From IMG/VR virus record IMGVR_UViG_3300037325_000203: DNA of 64,000 nt. One strand, written 5' to 3'. The position numbers were made by a program, and so were the translations under genes. The notes under the pieces are model-generated. The model was not told the origin of the DNA. It did no database searches and saw only the letters and a list, made by a program, of their open reading frames with translations. Origin of the DNA: a virus. Position 1 is the stretch's first letter. Each line of letters opens with the position of its first letter. Of this stretch, positions 58,608 through 64,000 are shown piece by piece.

Positions 58608-59267
58608 TTACTTTGAACTTTCAATTCTATATATCTGCTCAGATAGTAGCTTAAAGTCTATGGTAATAGATTGAAGTTGAAATGACGAAAGAGGTAAGGA
58701 TGTGTGTATGGACATATATCCTATGCCATCTGGCCCAAAAGCAGGCGGCAACCCTAAGCTACACGTAGTAACTAATATGCTCTTAAGATCAGGCCAATTC
58801 CTGGATAGTCCACTGTTGGAGAATTTGTCGCATGACATCTCTCCTTGTATTACCGATATCATTTGATTATTACTAGAAGTGTCATCTGAAATGAATATTG
58901 GAAGAGTGCCTTCGTTACCCGACAATCGTTCATAAACAAGGCTTTCTAAATTCCTGTCATTGAACTTCATATATATTGGTATTCTTAGATTTTGCTTAAA
59001 TTCTAGTCTGTGTACTTCTAAGTACAGAAGTTTGGTTCTGTACTTTTTCATGAATAAATCTATTAATTCCTTGCTTTCCGGAGACACATTACTTATATTT
59101 TTTATTGCAGTGATCTTACTGCCGAACAGTTTATCAGATATAATCTTAGAATGTGCATAGGATATATATCCAACTACCAAAATTAAAGTGGTCAGTGCTA
59201 ACAGTACAACTTTGCGCAGAGTTAGCTTATCCAAAAATAATGAGAAATGCGATAATAAGTTTTCCAT
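58608..59267 (-). CDS. Membrane-anchored protein (one N-terminal TM helix); possibly T-holin-like
   Basis: Hydrophobic VVLLALTTLILVVGYISY followed by a soluble domain with two Cys; size and topology resemble T4 holin T; ATAAATA upstream. Confidence 0.45.
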   Translation of the reverse strand: MENLLSHFSLFLDKLTLRKVVLLALTTLILVVGYISYAHSKIISDKLFGSKITAIKNISNVSPESKELIDLFMKKYRTKLLYLEVHRLEFKQNLRIPIYMKFNDRNLESLVYERLSGNEGTLPIFISDDTSSNNQMISVIQGEMSCDKFSNSGLSRNWPDLKSILVTTCSLGLPPAFGPDGIGYMSIHTSLPLSSFQLQSITIDFKLLSEQIYRIESSK

Positions 59268-59331
59268 ACTTATATTTATCTACAATCACCATATCACTTC
59301 TGTGCTATGTATATTACATACCTCTTCGAAC

Positions 59332-59592
59332 TTATCGGGATGTATGCGTCTGTAGTATTAGCCGTACACCGAATCTTAGTTTAAGTGCAAGTAAATCTGT
59401 CTCTGAAGTAACGTGGAATGTTACCACATCTGCATTACTTATAATTCTTTCTCCTGTTGCCATGTCACGCCAGCCACTGTCTGTAGGGCCCATGGTATCT
59501 GCATAGACAATATCATATCTAACCTCTGTCACAATAAGAAAATCTATGTCTGACTGATTTGCAAAATTATATAAAGAGTATTGAGTCAACAT
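59332..59592 (-). CDS. Hypothetical protein
   Basis: 86 aa ending LLALKLRFG. Confidence 0.55.
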   Translation of the reverse strand: MLTQYSLYNFANQSDIDFLIVTEVRYDIVYADTMGPTDSGWRDMATGERIISNADVVTFHVTSETDLLALKLRFGVRLILQTHTSR

Positions 59593-59667
59593 GCACTACC
59601 ATAGTAGAATTATTATTTACTTAGTAATAAGGTTAAACATGCTTATGGAATAAGCATGCCATAGATG

Positions 59668-59877
59668 TTAATTATTGTCGGGTGCTACTGCTCCGCGACT
59701 CACGGAGCCTCTTACCTCTTTCGACTTCGAGGATGCTCGGCGTGCAGATTCGTCACTCAATTGTGCATCAATCATCATGCGCTTAAAATTAAAACGATCT
59801 TGCGAATCACGAAATGTACCAACTGCTAGCATGGCTTTTGTAGAAGGCCACATTTTAAAATTTTTGTCTGGTGTCAT
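59668..59877 (-). CDS. Small hypothetical protein
   Basis: 69 aa, overlapping the upstream stop, AAGGA SD. Confidence 0.6.
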   Translation of the reverse strand: MTPDKNFKMWPSTKAMLAVGTFRDSQDRFNFKRMMIDAQLSDESARRASSKSKEVRGSVSRGAVAPDNN

Positions 59878-60218
59878 TTATTTTTTCCTTGCTGTGTTTT
59901 TATAAAATTTCTAATAGAAAATACTTGTCTTTTTAGGCTTACAGTTTCCTTCAACGCCTTGTCGGCTATCGATTGTGCCCTGTTTACTTGCCCTAAGTTT
60001 ACACTAGACTCTTGAACATTAGCAATCTTTGGTGCAATTTCTTTAAAATCTTCCTGCTTCAAATAGACCCGAACATCATTTGTGGCTGGGTACCAGATCA
60101 CATCGTCCACGTAAAACAAATCATCGAGCCAAACTTTATCTCCCGGCCTCGGTACATTAATGTTCTCGTACTCCCCATTATTCACTTCTTCTAAATCGAT
60201 ATAATATTTTATTTTCAT
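59874..60218 (-). CDS. Hypothetical protein
   Basis: Probable start MKIKYY overlaps the aldolase stop. Confidence 0.6.
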   Translation of the reverse strand: MKIKYYIDLEEVNNGEYENINVPRPGDKVWLDDLFYVDDVIWYPATNDVRVYLKQEDFKEIAPKIANVQESSVNLGQVNRAQSIADKALKETVSLKRQVFSIRNFIKTQQGKNK

Positions 60219-60862
60219 TTTCTCGATGCCAACACAATCTTGCAAATATGTTCCAACCGTTCAATGTGCTCGTATGCACGCCATGGGCTTGTATCAATCG
60301 AAACCACACCATGCCCCTTTATGCCGACAATATCAAAATCAATGTGGCCGTTGCTCTCTAATCTGAGATTAGTATGGCATTCATCTGCAAGTTCTTGACT
60401 GATAGGCGCCACGTCACCGACATTAGGGGCGACCTTAGTATATCGGTTGAGTTCCGGGAACGACTCGCTGACCGCAGAAAGATCGATGCCGGCGTGCATT
60501 GCTGCGATGCAATACGTTGGATGAAAGTGCATGACTACACGAACATCCTTTTCATGTTGACCCATCCTCTTCTGCAATCCAAAGTGTAGAGGGAGTTCAC
60601 CAGACGGCTTCAGATTTTTGCTAATATCGGTCCAATCCATCACATGCGGATGTAAAGAATAAAAGGGTTGCGTAGCACTAAGAACTTCTTGAATTCCAAT
60701 TTTCTTAAACTGATCTGGCTGAAGAGTTTGCTTTCTTACGCCGCTCGGAGTAATATAAAAATGGTCACGGTCATGATGACGAATAGATACATTACCGTCT
60801 CGACTGGTGATCCAGTTTCTCTTGTATGCATCTTGCATTACTTCGCAAATTGTTTCTAGCAT
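60215..60862 (-). CDS. Class II aldolase/adducin family protein
   Basis: DGNVSIR, YITPSG, KPSGELPLH, VMHFHP and GHGVV motifs. Confidence 0.88.
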   Translation of the reverse strand: MLETICEVMQDAYKRNWITSRDGNVSIRHHDRDHFYITPSGVRKQTLQPDQFKKIGIQEVLSATQPFYSLHPHVMDWTDISKNLKPSGELPLHFGLQKRMGQHEKDVRVVMHFHPTYCIAAMHAGIDLSAVSESFPELNRYTKVAPNVGDVAPISQELADECHTNLRLESNGHIDFDIVGIKGHGVVSIDTSPWRAYEHIERLEHICKIVLASRK

Positions 60863-60914
60863 TTTTTTCCTTTTTTGGCTGTACAGAATACCTGTATATA
60901 ATTTATAAATTGTC

Positions 60915-61496
60915 TTACCGTGTTTGGTCCGGTATTCTATTTTCATACAGACCCTTTAGAATCTTATCTCTGCGTTTGTAAATAGCTGCATTAGAAATTC
61001 CTAATTTTACTTCTAACTCACCTATTGTATAGTCTTTCATTAGTTTAAGCAGGTCTACGTCATCCCAGTTAACTTTTCTGCGACTTGTTGCTGCGCATTT
61101 ATGGCTGCAAAACTTCATATTGGAATATTTATCATTGTTGCATATAGAGCATTTATCGACAAGTTTTTCAAATGCAATCTTATATTCGGCAAAAGATTCA
61201 TCAAAAAGTTGGTATGTATCGGGGAGTCTTCTTACACCTGCATGTATCTCACCGTGACAATTGTTACAAACTAGTATACACTTTCTAAGTTCCGCAACTA
61301 CGCTGGACCATTGTGCTGGATTGGCACGTAACCCCCCAAAAGATAGATCTTTAATAGATGGATCTATGTGATGGAATGCCAGTGAATTAGTCGATGTATT
61401 GTATCCGCAGCATTGGCATTTACTACCCATAGCCTTTACCATTCTATCTTTGGTTCTTGCCCTCCATCTCTTTACTGCTTCGCTACTCTTAGACAT
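60915..61496 (-). mobile_element. HNH endonuclease
   Basis: CQCCGY...LAFHHIDP...KCILVCNNCHGEIH; C-terminal HTH-like segment; GATAAATA upstream. Confidence 0.82.
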
Positions 61497-61670
61497 ATAA
61501 CCTCTGTTTTATAGAAGTTATTTATCGTTAGAGCAGTAGTGTAGATACGCTTAGTGGGTGTGTCACGCATTATTGCGTATTACGTATTTTTATGCAAAAT
61601 TGTGATACTATAACCGCATCTTCCGTAGTAGGCTACCGCATACGCCTAGCTTGCTCGAGGGGAATATTCT

Positions 61671-62087
61671 TTAATACAGACTAAGATGCCCTGTGTACTC
61701 GTCAATTCTGTCACTAATACCGGGTCCAATAGCTAAGCAAGTGTGGGTGGGCTCATTGAACACTGTCCTGCCGCTATCCTTAATTAAACAGTGGATGGTA
61801 CCTGCTTCTAGCACTTTACTATATAGTTCTAGCAACTCTTCCTCACTATTTACCGCAAGACATACTTTTGTGAAACTATCTTGAAACAGCCAATGATCTA
61901 GCGCAGGCTTGTGCATCAAGTCCATATGGAATTGCTTCACGCTGAGCTCTTGGCCATTATTAAATTTCTCAACAATATTGCCCTGAGTAAGGATGGCGCC
62001 CATACTGGCATGTGCTACCTGGGATGCCATTTTTCCATGCTTCATCTTGAGATCTTTGCGAACTACAATAACTTGTTTGGTTTTCAT
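61671..62087 (-). CDS. pth2: Peptidyl-tRNA hydrolase 2 (Pth2)
   Basis: KQVIVVRKDLKMKHGKMASQVAHA, KVCL, IKDSGRT and TCLAIGP motifs. Confidence 0.92.
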   Translation of the reverse strand: MKTKQVIVVRKDLKMKHGKMASQVAHASMGAILTQGNIVEKFNNGQELSVKQFHMDLMHKPALDHWLFQDSFTKVCLAVNSEEELLELYSKVLEAGTIHCLIKDSGRTVFNEPTHTCLAIGPGISDRIDEYTGHLSLY

Positions 62088-62149
62088 TTTTTCTATTGCC
62101 TAATACTGTATACCAATCACATGAGGTATATTGCACACCGAACTAAAAA

Positions 62150-63030
62150 TAAGTGAATGTTTTGCTAATTGGTCATCGAGCTACTACAAGGACTCATGCG
62201 GTATTCGTTAGGTTATTTACCCTACTCTACTTAGACAAACCTTGTCCCAGATACCTATAATATATTTACAGTTTTTGCACATTTTCCCGACATTCGAGAG
62301 TAGATATAGTAAGACAGGATAGAGGCTAGAGGCTATCGCAGGCTTCCGACCTGTCATGCATATCCACCGGCATATTCTCTTTCTTTGCTGCTCTTTTACT
62401 TAATTAGTGCTATGCCTGACAAAGGCAACTGTAGCCAATTACGGCTAACCCGATATGGTGTCTAAAGCGAGACACGGTAGAATTTTCATCTACGGTAATT
62501 ATTACCATTCGTCGACCCCGACGCGGAGCCCGATTTACTGTCCGGGATCATATTCGGCACCAGCATAAGCCAGTGTGTCATCCAAAGACTTTAAAATTAG
62601 TGCTATAGGGCGGTAAAACCCCGTTTAGGTATTTCATACTTACGGGTCTAAAGCGAGACCCGGCATACGCTGTTGATGCTAAAGACAACCTGTTTAAGAT
62701 GACAAGTTGAAAACTACCGTTACTGCGGAACAGTATTGAGGCACATTTTACTGGGTACCATCCTCAAGATCTTAAACATCTTTCATCGACAATGAAAGAT
62801 TAGAAATTATAGCTTGCGTAAGTTTTTCCAAATTGTCTTACGCTAACGGTTCGGCCCCCGATATGTTTATTTAGTCCATGGACATAATAGTGTTACTACT
62901 CACTCGAGCTGTTTAGAGTAAACCTCACAAAACCTGCTGGTGCGTCTTGGGATAGCCAGTCAACTCCCACTTCGACATAACGATTCGAAGTCGACCGGAC
63001 AATCATTTACACGGATTGTCAGCGTGTGGA
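62150..63030 (-). ncRNA. Large ornate ncRNA candidate (~870 nt, GOLLD-like context)
   Basis: No ORF of 60 aa or more; dense inverted repeats; duplicated module GUCUCGCUUUAGAC...UAGCACUAAUU; directly downstream of tRNA-Val. Confidence 0.6.
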
Positions 63031-63032
63031 TT

Positions 63033-63108
63033 TGGTTGGTCCTGCCAGGCTCGAACTGACGACGTCCTCGGTGTAAGCGAGACACTCTACCAACTGAGTT
63101 AAGGACCA
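63033..63108 (-). tRNA. tRNA-Val(TAC)
   Basis: Canonical cloverleaf, CTTACAC loop, CCA. Confidence 0.92.
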
Positions 63109-63129
63109 ATATCTTCTTATCTTACTACT

Positions 63130-63158
63130 ATTATAGCTGTTAACATTGCTGCTGTCAA
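63130..63158 (-). promoter_or_regulatory. Consensus sigma70 promoter for tRNA-Val and the large ncRNA
   Basis: Exact TTGACA-N17-TATAAT. Confidence 0.85.
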
Positions 63159-63185
63159 ATCTTCTGTGGCAGTATTATTACTGTT

Positions 63186-63270
63186 TGGTGCCCTAAGAGG
63201 GACTCGAACCCCCACGCCTTGCGGCGCCAGAACCTAAATCTGGTGCGTCTTCCAATTTCGCCATTAGGGC
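63186..63270 (-). tRNA. tRNA-Leu(TAG)
   Basis: CCAGA-TTTAGGT-TCTGG, long variable arm with a GCAA loop, CCA; promoter TTGACT-N16-TATAAT at 63315-63288. Confidence 0.93.
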
Positions 63271-63315
63271 AACTAAACTATGTGCTTATTATAGCAGTTT
63301 ATTTATCCTAGTCAA

Positions 63316-63492
63316 CTAAATCTCTCTGGAGTTTGCTGTGATGTTGGTAAGTGTTATTGCTTTGTCGAGGAGTTCGAATTGAATCTCGTCACCAGTTAAC
63401 CATCCCAGCTGTACCATTAACTCGTCAGGTATTGGCAGGAGTAACTCTCCATTCTCACCCTCTTCTGGTGTCACTGTATACGAATTTAACAT
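63316..63492 (-). CDS. AbrB/MazE-like swapped-hairpin DNA-binding protein (58 aa)
   Basis: Below the ORF-track cutoff. Manual translation: MLNSYTVTPEEGENGELLLPIPDELMVQLGWLTGDEIQFELLDKAITLTNITANSREI; AAGGA SD. Confidence 0.65.
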   Translation of the reverse strand: MLNSYTVTPEEGENGELLLPIPDELMVQLGWLTGDEIQFELLDKAITLTNITANSREI

Positions 63493-63710
63493 GTGGTTCC
63501 TTTTAATTTTTCAACTACTATGTCTTCCTCGGAGAACTCAAAAACAATGTCCCCGTAAGCTGGCATATTGATTCTACGTTTTATCAATTTCTCTGCTTCG
63601 GACTGGGTGTCGGTTGCGCCTATCGTAGTCCAAAAGTACCATGATTTAGCTTTACGTTCTGCACGATACGGATACTTAGGATTACCGGTATATTTTACTC
63701 TATATTTCAT
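63486..63710 (-). CDS. Hypothetical protein
   Basis: Probable start MKYRVKY. Confidence 0.55.
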   Translation of the reverse strand: MKYRVKYTGNPKYPYRAERKAKSWYFWTTIGATDTQSEAEKLIKRRINMPAYGDIVFEFSEEDIVVEKLKGTTC

Positions 63711-63718
63711 AATTAAAC

Positions 63719-63922
63719 TTAGTAGGCACCGTCGAGACTGCTGCACGCCTGTTCTTCGAGTATGCTAATTTCCAATTCTAAAGACTCGAGTCTGTCGGCT
63801 GCTTCTTCGAGTAAACTCGAAATACGATCTGGTTCGCCGGCTTGGACACTTCTGCGTGAAGGTATCTGCCTTCGTATTTCTGCACGCTTTCGTAATCTTT
63901 CAATTAAATCTGTATTGATCAT
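63719..63922 (-). CDS. Small hypothetical phage protein
   Basis: LIERLRKRAEIRRQI...LLEEAADRL. Confidence 0.6.
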   Translation of the reverse strand: MINTDLIERLRKRAEIRRQIPSRRSVQAGEPDRISSLLEEAADRLESLELEISILEEQACSSLDGAY

Positions 63923-64000
63923 CTCTTTAATAACAAAAGTGGTTTATTTTGTTTTCGGGCATATCGGATGGTGGCCCATGTCCCACTGCGGACGATCTCG

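Noticed and set aside
61530-61668. Additional tRNA or ncRNA between pth2 and the HNH gene
   Set aside because: A few short hairpins are present, but no cloverleaf, T loop or CCA could be built.
62150-63030. tmRNA or RNase P RNA
   Set aside because: No alanyl-tRNA-like ends and no RNase P P4 consensus were found by eye; the region is also much longer than either RNA.
62458-63086. Shared 11-mer (aagcgagacac) between tRNA-Val(TAC) and a hairpin of the large ncRNA
   Set aside because: It is short, in the same orientation and in a different pairing register, so it cannot be distinguished from chance without homologs.
826-63768. Many 60-200-aa ORFs antisense to the long genes (for example 19732-20283, 32370-32990, 40284-40784, 46498-46680)
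   Set aside because: They are shadows of recognisable genes or tRNAs on the other strand and have no motifs of their own.
1-64000. Stop-codon reassignment
   Set aside because: Conserved genes are full length in the standard code, TAA, TAG and TGA all end genes, and no suppressor tRNA was seen.

Overview
This window is part of a T4-related jumbo myophage genome (RaK2/GAP32-like gene order, inferred from gene content). Almost all genes lie on the minus strand. About 1-21 kb carries replication/recombination genes: DnaB/gp41 helicase, primase, a miniature DnaE-like protein, UvsW, UvsY, UvsX and gp32. About 21-37 kb carries packaging and virion genes: terminase, gp4, tail tube, sheath and neck. 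About 37-64 kb is accessory and rich in tRNAs and ncRNA candidates. Three core genes (helicase, UvsW, large terminase) are fractured and appear to be rejoined by split inteins with three different split points. The most striking unexplained signal is an RNA-centred locus at about 51.4-54.3 kb around a Ro60/TROVE-vWA-like gene. Upstream of it are four tandem sigma70 promoters, each starting an RNA with a terminal stem plus an ACAGCAA-type motif; one copy is the gene's own 5'UTR, next to its Shine-Dalgarno. Downstream of it is a ~225-nt RNA that rebuilds the 23S rRNA L11-binding/GTPase-associated domain (H43-H44) around a ~155-nt insertion. Nearby are eight tRNAs (one with a 24-bp extended acceptor helix), an initiator-like tRNA lacking its anticodon arm, an RNA ligase, Pth2 and a ~870-nt ornate ncRNA candidate. 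All family calls come from motif recognition by eye; no searches were run.
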